Positions 18,162-27,316 of a DNA stretch of 64,000 nucleotides are shown here, piece by piece. The DNA is from Escherichia phage vB_EcoM_JN03: the sequence record OR885871; one strand, 5' to 3'. Below the pieces are notes generated by a model, which worked only from the letters and a program-made list of their open reading frames with translations, ran no database searches and was not told where the DNA came from. Position numbers and translations under genes: made by a program. Position 1 is the stretch's first letter; every line of letters starts with the position of its first letter.

Positions 18162-20352
18162 TATAGAATATGCCCCAATTAAAACGGGGTTCAAAATAGA
18201 CGATGTGAAATTGCGTATGGACCAAACGTTCATGCGCAAACCTTCTGTGCGTGCTCCTCGAGTCGAGTTAATGCTGACAGATGAACAAGAAGACGAATTC
18301 GTTGAATGTTCTATGGATGCACACTACTTCGCCGCCAACTATTACAAGATAACCACGATCGATAAGGGCTTTATCCTTTTCGATATGCATGATTATCAGA
18401 AGCAGTTGTTCCACGACTTTCAGGACTATCGATTCAATGCGGTCGTCCAGGCTCGTCAGTCCGGTAAATGCGTCCGTGGTGATACTCTTGTTTATGTCTA
18501 TGATACAATCAGTCAACAAGAGTTGCATCTCACCATAGAAGAGCTTCACAAGCGCTTCGAAGGACCGAACCATGCTGTGCCACTGAATACCATTGGCAAC
18601 CACAATAAGTTTGTAGACAGCCGTTTCGGGAAACGATATTTTGTTGAGTCCGACACTGGCTGGGTTCCGGTTATTGCCGCTCATAAAACGAAAGAATACG
18701 CTGAATACGTTGTCAGGACTGAAACCGGACGCACAATTCATGTCGCAGATGAGCACATGTTCTTCAATGAATATGGGCGCGAAGTATTTGCTAAAGACAT
18801 GGAGGCCGGAGATGCCATAATGACCCAGGAGGGAATAGAATTCATCTCTGAGATCTGGGAGACTGGTGAGTACCACCACATGTATGACTTGCAAGTCAAG
18901 TCCAGCGATCAACGTTATTACACGAATGGGTTCCTCAGCCATAATACCACGGTCGTGGCTGCGTTTCTTCTTTGGTATGCGATGTTCCACTCAGACAAAG
19001 AAATCGCGGTACTGGCAAACAAAGAGAAACAAGCGATTGAAATTCTTGACCGTATCAGGAAGGCGTATCAGGACCTCCCATTCTTCCTTCAGCAGGGTTG
19101 TGAGAAGTTTGGTTCTACCCTGATAGAGTTTGAGAATGGTTCTAAGATATACGCTTATGCCACGTCTTCGGACTCCATCCGTGGTCGTTCTGTATCGCTC
19201 TTGTACGTTGACGAAGTCGCGTTTATCGAAAACGACTTTGAATTTTGGGAATCAACTTTCCCAGCCATTGCATCTGCCGATACATCACGCTGTATTTTGA
19301 CAAGTACTCCGAAAGGCCAGCGAGGGTTGTTCTATGATATTGTCACCAAAGCAGATCCGCGCCATCCACAATACAACGACTTCCACCTAACTGAAGTCCC
19401 ATGGTATAAGGTTCCGGCATATACCAAAGATCCAGATTGGGAAACCAAACAACGTGCCCGTCTGGGGGATGCTCGTTTCGATCAAGAATTTGGCATTAAG
19501 TTCCGTGGTTCCGTGGGTTCATTGATTCCGGCCAAATGCTTAGATAAAATGACGTCCAAGTTATATCGGGAACCTAATGAATTCACCAAGATTTATAAGG
19601 AATACGACCCACAACGTCTCTACTTTGGGATTGCGGACACTGGGAAGGGGGTGGAAGGAGATTATTCCGTCTTAACAATTCTGGATATAACTGAATATCC
19701 GCATGTTATAGCAGCCAAGTACAGGAATAACACGATACCTCCTATGATGTATGCATACACGATAGCTGATATGTGCACCGAATACGGGGAATGCCCTGTC
19801 CTTGTTGAAACAAACAACGACGTCGGCGGTCAGGTTATTACAATTCTTTATCAAGAGATAGAATATCCAGAAATCATATTCACATCAACAGATAACAAAG
19901 GGACGGGGAAACGGATTGGTGGACGTAAACCGGAACCTGGTATCAATACCAACAGAAAAGTCCGATCTATCGGTTGTGCTAACCTGAAAGCGCTCATTGA
20001 GAAAGAAATGTTGGTGATAGAAGACCAGGACACGATAGATGAACTCAGTACATTTGTGTTCAAAGGCGCTCGGTATGAAGCCGATGACGGTTGTCACGAT
20101 GACTGTGTCATGCCGTTGGTCTTATATTCTTGGGCAGTTAAACAAGAATGGTTCAGTGATTTGACATCTACAAGTATTTCTCAGGACATGAGAAACCGAA
20201 TGTCTTCAACTGAATCTCAGCAGGTATTCCCATTTGGTGGTTTAGTCGTTGGAGACACCCCATCCGAAACTGAGCATTTGCCTGGTTTCGGGGGTATTCA
20301 AGTTTTCAACGAAATGTCAGGGATGACCATGGATGAGTGGTTTAAGAATTGA
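18142..20352 (+). CDS. gp17: Terminase large subunit gp17 homolog, interrupted by a mini-intein
   Basis: Extein sequence QARQSGK/TTVVAAFLLWYAMFHSDKEIAVLANKEKQ matches the T4 gp17 Walker A region (SRQLGKTTVVAIFLAHF...). Downstream blocks (LLYVDEVAFI, TSTPKG) fit the ATPase/nuclease. 736 aa in total, 577 aa after excision. Confidence 0.9.
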   Translation: MAYQKRDIEYAPIKTGFKIDDVKLRMDQTFMRKPSVRAPRVELMLTDEQEDEFVECSMDAHYFAANYYKITTIDKGFILFDMHDYQKQLFHDFQDYRFNAVVQARQSGKCVRGDTLVYVYDTISQQELHLTIEELHKRFEGPNHAVPLNTIGNHNKFVDSRFGKRYFVESDTGWVPVIAAHKTKEYAEYVVRTETGRTIHVADEHMFFNEYGREVFAKDMEAGDAIMTQEGIEFISEIWETGEYHHMYDLQVKSSDQRYYTNGFLSHNTTVVAAFLLWYAMFHSDKEIAVLANKEKQAIEILDRIRKAYQDLPFFLQQGCEKFGSTLIEFENGSKIYAYATSSDSIRGRSVSLLYVDEVAFIENDFEFWESTFPAIASADTSRCILTSTPKGQRGLFYDIVTKADPRHPQYNDFHLTEVPWYKVPAYTKDPDWETKQRARLGDARFDQEFGIKFRGSVGSLIPAKCLDKMTSKLYREPNEFTKIYKEYDPQRLYFGIADTGKGVEGDYSVLTILDITEYPHVIAAKYRNNTIPPMMYAYTIADMCTEYGECPVLVETNNDVGGQVITILYQEIEYPEIIFTSTDNKGTGKRIGGRKPEPGINTNRKVRSIGCANLKALIEKEMLVIEDQDTIDELSTFVFKGARYEADDGCHDDCVMPLVLYSWAVKQEWFSDLTSTSISQDMRNRMSSTESQQVFPFGGLVVGDTPSETEHLPGFGGIQVFNEMSGMTMDEWFKN
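18469..18945 (+). other. Mini-intein (159 aa) within the terminase large subunit P-loop
   Basis: Begins with Cys (CVRGDTLV, block A-like), ends with ...NGFLSHN followed by a Thr +1 residue. Removing it restores the canonical GKT Walker A. Too short for an endonuclease domain. Confidence 0.8.
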
Positions 20353-20355
20353 TCA

Positions 20356-20363
20356 CTAAATAT
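20356..20363 (+). promoter_or_regulatory. Late-promoter-like box CTAAATAT upstream of the sheath gene
   Basis: About 42 nt upstream of the ATG at 20405. Confidence 0.4.
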
Positions 20364-20404
20364 CTTTCAAATTGAGCGAAACTCTACCGAGAAGGAATGA
20401 TATT

Positions 20405-22300
20405 ATGGCAACTCAAAGCTTCAGCGTTGCGCCGTCCGTTCAGTGGACTGAGCGTGATGCCACGCTTCAGACGTCCCCGTCCGTTGTTGTTCAGGGCGCG
20501 ACCGTCGGAAAATTTCAATGGGGTGAAGTTGAACTTCCAGTGCTGGTGACTGGTGGTGAGACAGGTTTGGTGAAGAAATTCTTCAAACCCAACGACAGTA
20601 CTGCGACCGATTTTCTCGTAATCGCGGACTTTTTGTCTTACAGCTCTATGGCATGGGTGACCCGTGTTGTTGGTCCTCTGGCCAAGAACTCTGTTACCAA
20701 AGGTCAGACAGCGATTGCGATCAAAAACAAACTGGATTTTGAAACAGCAAGTCCTTCGGCGTCCATCACTTGGACTGGTCGTTATCCAGGTTCCCTGGGT
20801 AATGATATTGCTATCAATGTTTGTGATGCTGCTGGATTCTCAACTTGGGAATTCCGTAATAACTTTGCATACGCACCTCAGTCTGGTGAATTCCATGTAG
20901 TTGTCGTAGACAAAGTTGGTCGCATTACCGACTCTGCTGGCGCGGTCGGTCAGGTTGACCGTATCTCCGTTTCTGGTACGGCTACTGCTGCTGGCACCAT
21001 CAGTGTGGCAGGTGAAGATATCGCATATCTGGATACTGATACTCCAGCCGATTTGGCAACCAAAATCGGTACAGCACTAACTTCCCTGACAAGTGTTTAT
21101 TCTTCTGTTGTCGTGAAGTCCAACACTGTCATCGTGACCCATAAAGCTATTGGTCCCCAGACAGTTACTGCTATTGTTCCAGATGATAAGGGGCTGACTG
21201 CAACCGCCGTGATTACCACTGTTGGCGCATCTGGTTCTATTATCGAAAAATACGAACTCATGCAGAACACACAGGGTTCCAAAAAGTCCGATGGCGCGAA
21301 TGCGTACTTCAAAGATGTCATCAATGATACATCAAATTGGGTGTACACCTTCGCTACCGCTCTGGCAGCAGGTGTTGTTGAATTAGAAGGCGGCGTAGAC
21401 GATTATAACATCAACCGCGTGGCAGCTATCCAAGTCTTGAACAATGCTGAAGCATATGATGCGAAGCCAGTATTTGCGTACTGTGAAGAACTGATTGAGC
21501 AACAAGCATTGATCGACTTATCTACTGAGCGAAAAGATACGGTATCTTTCGTATCCCCGCTCCGTGATACGGTTGTTGGCAACCGTGGTCGTGAAATGGA
21601 TGATGTCGTTGCTTGGCGTGAAAGCCTTGTTCGCGACTCTTCTTATTTCTTCATGGATGATAACTGGGCATATGTGTACGACAAGTACAACGACAAAATG
21701 CGTTGGATTCCGGCTTGTGGTGGCACCGCAGGTGTTTGGGCGCGAAGCATTGAAATCGCGGGTATCTACAAATCTCCGGCGTTCCACAACCGTGGTAAAT
21801 ACAACAACTATAATCGAATGGCGTGGTCTGCTTCTTCTGATGAACGTGCTGTGTTGTACCGCAATCAGATCAACAGCATCGTAACCTTCTCCAATGAAGG
21901 CATCGTCCTGTATGGTGACAAAACTGGCCTGACCCGCCCGTCGGCGTTTGACCGCATCAACGTTCGTGGTCTGTTCATCATGGCTGAGCAGAACATCGCC
22001 GCAATCGCCAAATACTATCTTGGTGAGAACAATGACGCGTTTACACGTGGTCTGTTCAGCAATGCGGTTCGTCCATATATCCGCCAGCTGGCAAATATGG
22101 GCGCGATTTACGATGGTAAAGTCAAATGTGATGAAGACAACAACACTGCTGATGTCATTGCGGCAAACCAAATGGTTGCAGGCATTTGGTTGAAGCCTGA
22201 GTACAGCATTAATTGGGTCTACTTAGATTTTGCTGCAGTTCGACCAGATATGGAGTTCAGCGAAATCGAATCCGGTGGCGGCATCGTTGCTGCTTCATAA
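20405..22300 (+). CDS. gp18: Tail sheath protein gp18 homolog
   Basis: Start set at MATQSF (RBS gaagga). GATVGKFQWGEVE aligns with T4 gp18 AGKFQWGPAF; size ~630 aa. Confidence 0.85.
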   Translation: MATQSFSVAPSVQWTERDATLQTSPSVVVQGATVGKFQWGEVELPVLVTGGETGLVKKFFKPNDSTATDFLVIADFLSYSSMAWVTRVVGPLAKNSVTKGQTAIAIKNKLDFETASPSASITWTGRYPGSLGNDIAINVCDAAGFSTWEFRNNFAYAPQSGEFHVVVVDKVGRITDSAGAVGQVDRISVSGTATAAGTISVAGEDIAYLDTDTPADLATKIGTALTSLTSVYSSVVVKSNTVIVTHKAIGPQTVTAIVPDDKGLTATAVITTVGASGSIIEKYELMQNTQGSKKSDGANAYFKDVINDTSNWVYTFATALAAGVVELEGGVDDYNINRVAAIQVLNNAEAYDAKPVFAYCEELIEQQALIDLSTERKDTVSFVSPLRDTVVGNRGREMDDVVAWRESLVRDSSYFFMDDNWAYVYDKYNDKMRWIPACGGTAGVWARSIEIAGIYKSPAFHNRGKYNNYNRMAWSASSDERAVLYRNQINSIVTFSNEGIVLYGDKTGLTRPSAFDRINVRGLFIMAEQNIAAIAKYYLGENNDAFTRGLFSNAVRPYIRQLANMGAIYDGKVKCDEDNNTADVIAANQMVAGIWLKPEYSINWVYLDFAAVRPDMEFSEIESGGGIVAAS

Positions 22301-22308
22301 AAATGACC

Positions 22309-22336
22309 AACCCCGCTTCGGCGGGGTTTTCCTTTG
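22309..22336 (+). terminator. Rho-independent terminator (aaccccgcttcggcggggtt + U-tract)
   Basis: Hairpin plus T-run after the sheath stop. Confidence 0.7.
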
Positions 22337-22358
22337 TCTTATTGATTTGAGTTATTGA

Positions 22359-22817
22359 ATGATATACGCATACAAAATTGAAACGATAACTAATGGAAAG
22401 GTCTACATCGGTGTGACCAATGACCCACAACGAAGATATGATCAGCATTTTGCGAATGCTTTTCATCATGGAGTCCAAAGTGAATTGTATGATGCCATGC
22501 GTAAGTATGGAACATCTGGATTTACTTTCGTTGTAATTGCTCAGACCGATGAAGTCCATAAATGGGAATTAGAGAAGCAACTCATCGCTCAATATAATTC
22601 TTATGAGATGGGTTACAACATGAATAAAGGCGGTAATGATGGAAGTCATATGCTGGGTAAAACTGCAGCAAAATTGACATCCACAGGTGAACACATTGGT
22701 CTTGTTTCTCTCATAGATCCCCGTTGGGAATTGTGTGAAATCGAACCCGTTTTAAGCAATGTTGACCACGGATTTGATTTTTCTTCCATGAAGATTAAAA
22801 GATTGACGACTAATTAG
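22359..22817 (+). CDS. GIY-YIG homing endonuclease (free-standing, short form)
   Basis: IYAYKIE...GKVYIGVT (GIY/YIG), RRYDQH (conserved Arg), YNMNKGGNDGSH (conserved Asn region). Inserted between the sheath and tube genes. Confidence 0.8.
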   Translation: MIYAYKIETITNGKVYIGVTNDPQRRYDQHFANAFHHGVQSELYDAMRKYGTSGFTFVVIAQTDEVHKWELEKQLIAQYNSYEMGYNMNKGGNDGSHMLGKTAAKLTSTGEHIGLVSLIDPRWELCEIEPVLSNVDHGFDFSSMKIKRLTTN

Positions 22818-22847
22818 AATTGTGTACTCTTATTTGGAGATATAAAA

Positions 22848-23381
22848 ATGGCGACAGTCAATGAGTTTCGCGCAGCCATGTCACGAGGGGGCGGCGTACA
22901 ACGCCAACACCGCTGGCGTGTGACTGTAAACTTTCCTTCTTTTGTTGCTGGTTCCGACACAATTCGTGACGTGTCCTTGCTGGCTGTAACCACCAACACC
23001 CCAACAGGTCAGCTGGGCGAAATTCTGGTGCCCTGGGGTGGTCGTGAACTTCCGTTCCCAGGGGATCGTCGTTTCGAAGCGCTTCCTGTGACGTTCATTA
23101 ACGTGGTGAACAACGCTCCATACAATGCTTTTGAAGTGTGGCAGCAATTCATCAACGGTAGTGAAAACAACCGCGCCAGCGCGAATCCAGATGATTATTT
23201 CCGTGATATCATCATGGAACTTCTGGACGCGAATGACAACGTGACTAAGACATGGACTTTACAGGGCGGCTGGCCTCAAAACCTCGGCCAACTGGAACTC
23301 GATATGTCGGCAATGGACTCTTACACACAGTTCACTGTCGACTTGCGTTATTTCCAAGCCGTTTCTGACAAGTCATTGTAA
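22848..23381 (+). CDS. gp19: Tail tube protein gp19 homolog
   Basis: C-terminus TWTLQGGWPQNLGQLELDMSAMDSYTQFTVDLRYFQAV aligns with T4 gp19 KGLWPTNVGELQLDWDSNNEIQTFEVTLALDYWE. Confidence 0.8.
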   Translation: MATVNEFRAAMSRGGGVQRQHRWRVTVNFPSFVAGSDTIRDVSLLAVTTNTPTGQLGEILVPWGGRELPFPGDRRFEALPVTFINVVNNAPYNAFEVWQQFINGSENNRASANPDDYFRDIIMELLDANDNVTKTWTLQGGWPQNLGQLELDMSAMDSYTQFTVDLRYFQAVSDKSL

Positions 23382-23448
23382 TGTCCTCGGTGCTGGGGGA
23401 ATGTTATTCCCCCTCACTAATTACAAGAAAACGTTGAGGACTTAGATC

Positions 23449-25131
23449 ATGGCTGGATACGGCATGGGGTTCTTCGGTTTGTTTGGTGGCGGCGGTTTAG
23501 TCAATGCCAAAGTCGACACCGATAAGTTAGCCCAAAAACAAGATGAATTGTTGCTCACCAAGGCGACAGTTGTTGCTCTGGACGATGCTCAAGACGGTTC
23601 TATAATCCTTCAGGGCGGTGCAAACACCTACAACTATGTTGGCGTTGAGAGTGAACTTCTCAGCGTTAAAACAGTTGTGGAAGAATATCAGTCCATGGCT
23701 CAACAGCCTGAAATTCGCAAAGCTGTGGACATTATTGTCAATGATGTTGTCACCTGTGAGGAAGATGAAACTCCAGTGACAGTAAACCTTGACAAAGTTG
23801 AAGGGATATCTGATACTGTTAAAGAATCTATCACCGAATGCTTCAAAGAAGTTATGCACTTGATGGACTTTGACAATACAGCATATCAGAAGATCCGGAA
23901 ATGGTATGTTGACGGTCGACAAGCATATCATGTCATCGTTGATCCCACGAATAAAAAAGGCGGGATCAAGAAATTGGTTATGCTTGATTCTCGTTGCATT
24001 CGTCCTGTCTATATCGTTGAGAAGGCGATGCGTGAAGGCGGTATTGAAGCAATAGAATCTGTAACATTGAAGTATTATTACAACCCGAATTATAATCGAA
24101 ACCAATTCACTGGCCAATCTGGTACTTCCCAGAACTTCCAGCCTTCACAGCAAGAACTCGTATTCGATGACGAAAGCATTGTTTACATCGATAGTGGTGA
24201 AGAGCCATTGGCCAATGGTATTGTCCCAGGCCTTTTAAATCCTGCTATCCGTCCGTTGAACAACCTGGTTACGACTGAAGATGCGACTGTAATTTATGCC
24301 ATCACTCGCGCCCCTGAGAAACGCGCATTCTATCTTGACGTCGGTACTCTCGGTAAGAAATCTGCTGAAGAATACATGACCATGATGATGGGTAAATTCA
24401 AAAACCGCAACGCATATGACCGCACCACTGGTAAGATAACAGGTAATGCCCATCTTATGGGTATTGCAGAGGATTATTGGTTGCCGCGCCGCGAAGGTCA
24501 GAATGCTACAGAGATTGCGACTGTTGGGGGTGGGAATCAATTGGGCGAAATGGATCACGTGAACTATTTCCGTGAAAAACTCTATGATGCTCTAATGATC
24601 CCTAAGAGCCGCCTCCAAGAGGAAGGATCTATTAACATTGGGGGTTCTAACCTTGCGGAGATTACACAGGAAGAGCTGCGCTTCAGCAAGTTCTGTGCTG
24701 GGTTACGACGCCGTTACTCCCATTTCTTTATGGAATTCTTGCGCCGCCAGTTAATTTTGAAAGGCGTTACGGATGAAAAGGATTGGAATGAGAAGATCAA
24801 ACCGTTTATAAAGTTTGAATTCACATCCGATAGTTACATTCGTGAACAACAAGAAAACGCTATCTTGAATGATCGTCTGGCTTCATTGAACACTGTTGAG
24901 CCATTTGTTGGTTCCATTTTCTCCATAGACTACGTCATGAGAAATGTATTGCGTATGTCTGATGAAGAAGTTAAAGAACAACAAACGAAGATCGCGGAAG
25001 AGAAAAAGAAAGGTCTCTATCCGAAGGTTCAAGCAGATGAAACTGGCAATTATAGCGGTTCAGATGTTAGTCCGTTGAAGTTTAAACCTGAGACTATCCC
25101 ATTCTCCGGTTCAACAGACGATAGTATTTAA
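23449..25131 (+). CDS. gp20: Portal vertex protein gp20 homolog
   Basis: 560 aa ORF in the T4 gp20 position, between tube and prohead core genes; acidic C-terminal tail. Assignment mostly by size and synteny. Confidence 0.65.
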   Translation: MAGYGMGFFGLFGGGGLVNAKVDTDKLAQKQDELLLTKATVVALDDAQDGSIILQGGANTYNYVGVESELLSVKTVVEEYQSMAQQPEIRKAVDIIVNDVVTCEEDETPVTVNLDKVEGISDTVKESITECFKEVMHLMDFDNTAYQKIRKWYVDGRQAYHVIVDPTNKKGGIKKLVMLDSRCIRPVYIVEKAMREGGIEAIESVTLKYYYNPNYNRNQFTGQSGTSQNFQPSQQELVFDDESIVYIDSGEEPLANGIVPGLLNPAIRPLNNLVTTEDATVIYAITRAPEKRAFYLDVGTLGKKSAEEYMTMMMGKFKNRNAYDRTTGKITGNAHLMGIAEDYWLPRREGQNATEIATVGGGNQLGEMDHVNYFREKLYDALMIPKSRLQEEGSINIGGSNLAEITQEELRFSKFCAGLRRRYSHFFMEFLRRQLILKGVTDEKDWNEKIKPFIKFEFTSDSYIREQQENAILNDRLASLNTVEPFVGSIFSIDYVMRNVLRMSDEEVKEQQTKIAEEKKKGLYPKVQADETGNYSGSDVSPLKFKPETIPFSGSTDDSI

Positions 25132-25172
25132 AGTTCAACTAAATATAGAAAATTAATTCGGAGATCAAAATC

Positions 25173-25343
25173 ATGAGCGCAATTGATATCGTTCGTGCAG
25201 TAATTGACGGTGACACTGAAACTGCTGTTGCAGAATGCAACATGGAACTTGATGCACGTAGTCAAGAACTATTAAACCAAGGCACAGCATATGTTCTGGA
25301 TTCTATCGCAGCTGATATGAATTCAAACAACAACGGCCAGTAA
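25173..25343 (+). CDS. Small prohead core protein-like ORF (56 aa), below the ORF-track size cutoff
   Basis: ATG with RBS ggag and a CTAAATAT box ~30 nt upstream. Acidic helical peptide MSAIDIVRAVIDGDTETAVAECNMELDARSQELLNQGTAYVLDSIAADMNSNNNGQ in the T4 gp67 position. Confidence 0.5.
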   Translation: MSAIDIVRAVIDGDTETAVAECNMELDARSQELLNQGTAYVLDSIAADMNSNNNGQ

Positions 25344-25351
25344 GGAGATGC

Positions 25352-25669
25352 ATGATGGAAATCACAGAGATCGCCACGTTCGCTGATTTCCTGGCCTCTC
25401 GTATGGACGAGCAGCGAGTCATCGATAAAGTGAACGCTCGTGGTAAACGCCGCCGCCGCTTGAAATGTGCCCCTGGGTTCAAATTGTCGGCTGATGGTTC
25501 ACGTTGTGAAGTTATGGACGCCAGCGAACGTCGTGTTCGCAAGATCGGCAACCGCAAAGCCCTCCGCTCTAAAAAGCGTATGGGAATGGGCTATCAACGT
25601 AAAATCGAGCGCCGCAAGAAAAAGGCTATGAAGTTCCGCAAAATGATGGGACTGAGTAAGAACAAGTAA
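25352..25669 (+). CDS. Highly basic Arg/Lys-rich protein (105 aa), putative prohead core / internal protein
   Basis: RBS aaggag. Runs of R/K (KRRRRLK, RKIERRKKKAMKFRK). Lies between portal and protease, like T4 gp68 and internal proteins. Confidence 0.45.
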   Translation: MMEITEIATFADFLASRMDEQRVIDKVNARGKRRRRLKCAPGFKLSADGSRCEVMDASERRVRKIGNRKALRSKKRMGMGYQRKIERRKKKAMKFRKMMGLSKNK

Positions 25670-25676
25670 GGAGTTT

Positions 25677-26345
25677 ATGATGAAACTGTTGCGTGAGATC
25701 ACAGCGATAGGGAAGGATCTTCAAATCGGTGAGGCCACAACCTCAACTGGTGGGAAGGCCATGTTCATCGAAGGTCCGTTTGTGATGTGTAACCAAGTCA
25801 ACCGTAACGGGCGTAACTATGATCTGCAGAAAGTGGGTATTCCTGCTGTCGAAGCATACGACAAAGAGTATATCCAAGATCGTCGCGCAATCGGTGAAGT
25901 CACACATCCTGACTATCCTTTCCCTAATCTGGTGGAAGCTGCGCTCAAAACCGAATCCCTTCGCTGGGAAGGCACCAATGCCATCGGTCGGGCGCGAATT
26001 TTAAATACACCAAAAGGCCAAATCATACGTGCATTGGCTGAAGCAGACTTCAATCTGGCCGTGTCTACACGTGGTCTGGGTGAGACCAAGTCAGTAAACG
26101 GTTATGACGACGTTCAACCTGGCTTTATGCTCACCGCTGTTGATGCAGTCGACCGTCCTTCTGGACAAGTTTGTTATGTTAAGGCTGTGAGTGAATCTGT
26201 TGAATGGCAGCTTGATGAGGCTTCTGGTATTTGGATGCCTCGGGATGTTAAAGGAAACGTTGTTGATCAGTTGGTGAAAGCCAATATTCAAGTAGAAGAC
26301 GACTTCCTGCGCCGCCTTGATGCAGCATTGAATCATCTGGGCTGA
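25677..26345 (+). CDS. gp21: Prohead core protease gp21 homolog
   Basis: 222 aa ORF directly upstream of the scaffold and capsid genes, as T4 gp21; called by synteny and size. Confidence 0.55.
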   Translation: MMKLLREITAIGKDLQIGEATTSTGGKAMFIEGPFVMCNQVNRNGRNYDLQKVGIPAVEAYDKEYIQDRRAIGEVTHPDYPFPNLVEAALKTESLRWEGTNAIGRARILNTPKGQIIRALAEADFNLAVSTRGLGETKSVNGYDDVQPGFMLTAVDAVDRPSGQVCYVKAVSESVEWQLDEASGIWMPRDVKGNVVDQLVKANIQVEDDFLRRLDAALNHLG

Positions 26346-26356
26346 ATTTCAGCTCA

Positions 26357-26364
26357 CTAAATAC
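26357..26364 (+). promoter_or_regulatory. Late-promoter-like box CTAAATAC upstream of the scaffold gene
   Basis: About 28 nt upstream of the ATG at 26392. Confidence 0.4.
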
Positions 26365-26391
26365 TGAAAAATCGTTCAGAAGGAAACTATC

Positions 26392-27225
26392 ATGAAACCT
26401 GAATTGCAAAAACTGTTTGAAGGCGTTAATGGCCTCAGCACCGATTTCTTGGACAAAGTATCTGGTCTGCTGGAATCTAAAGTTGAAGCCGCCCGTCTGC
26501 AAGCTATTCAAGAAACTGAAGCGGCTGGTAACGTTGAGCGCCTGACTCTGGTAGAAGCCCACCAGAAAGAAGTCGCAGACCTTAAAGAAAATTTCACTCT
26601 TCAGTTGGCGGAAAAAGTTGATTCGTTCCTCAACGCGGTGGTTGAAGAATGGGCTAACAAAAATGCCCCAGCTATTGACGCTCAGATCAAAACTGAAGCT
26701 GCTGAACGCTTCCTCACTGGTTTCTCCAACGTGCTGAAAGAAGCAGGTGTGAGTTTCGCTACTGACCCAGACGGTCAGATTGCCGCCCTCACCAGTCGCC
26801 TTGCTGAAGCAGAACAACGCGCCAGCATTGCCAATACTGAATTGGCTCAGCTCAAAGAAAGTGAAACCAAACGCCAGCGCACCGACGTAATTGATCGCAT
26901 TTGTGAAGGCATGGTTGACACCAAGAAAGACACTGTTGTCAACCTGCTGGAAGGTATTGAATTCCAGACCGAGTCTGAATTTGAATCCCGTGTGCGCACC
27001 TTCCGTAACCTGGTAGAAGGCAAAGATGACTTCTCTGATAAAGTCGGCAAAGACAATGAAAAAGGCAAGCCGGATGGCGACAAGTCTGAAAAAGACATCA
27101 AAGAAGGTAAAAAACCGAAGAAAGAAGGTGAAGCCGACGATGATGACGATGACGACAAAGACGAAGTTGGCAAAGAAGTCAACGAAGCCGTCCGTCGCCA
27201 GATCAGTGCTTTGCTGAACGGCTAA
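26392..27225 (+). CDS. gp22: Prohead core scaffold protein gp22 homolog
   Basis: Acidic coiled-coil protein with a poly-Asp tract (EADDDDDDDKDE). LNAVVEEWANKNAPAIDAQIKTEAAERF resembles T4 gp22. Confidence 0.7.
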   Translation: MKPELQKLFEGVNGLSTDFLDKVSGLLESKVEAARLQAIQETEAAGNVERLTLVEAHQKEVADLKENFTLQLAEKVDSFLNAVVEEWANKNAPAIDAQIKTEAAERFLTGFSNVLKEAGVSFATDPDGQIAALTSRLAEAEQRASIANTELAQLKESETKRQRTDVIDRICEGMVDTKKDTVVNLLEGIEFQTESEFESRVRTFRNLVEGKDDFSDKVGKDNEKGKPDGDKSEKDIKEGKKPKKEGEADDDDDDDKDEVGKEVNEAVRRQISALLNG

Positions 27226-27316
27226 TTTTAGCAGCCACAGCCCTCGAAAGGGGGCTTGATTTTGAACTACTAAGTAATTTCAACTTAACTGAATATCAAT
27301 GTAAGGAACGAGCATC

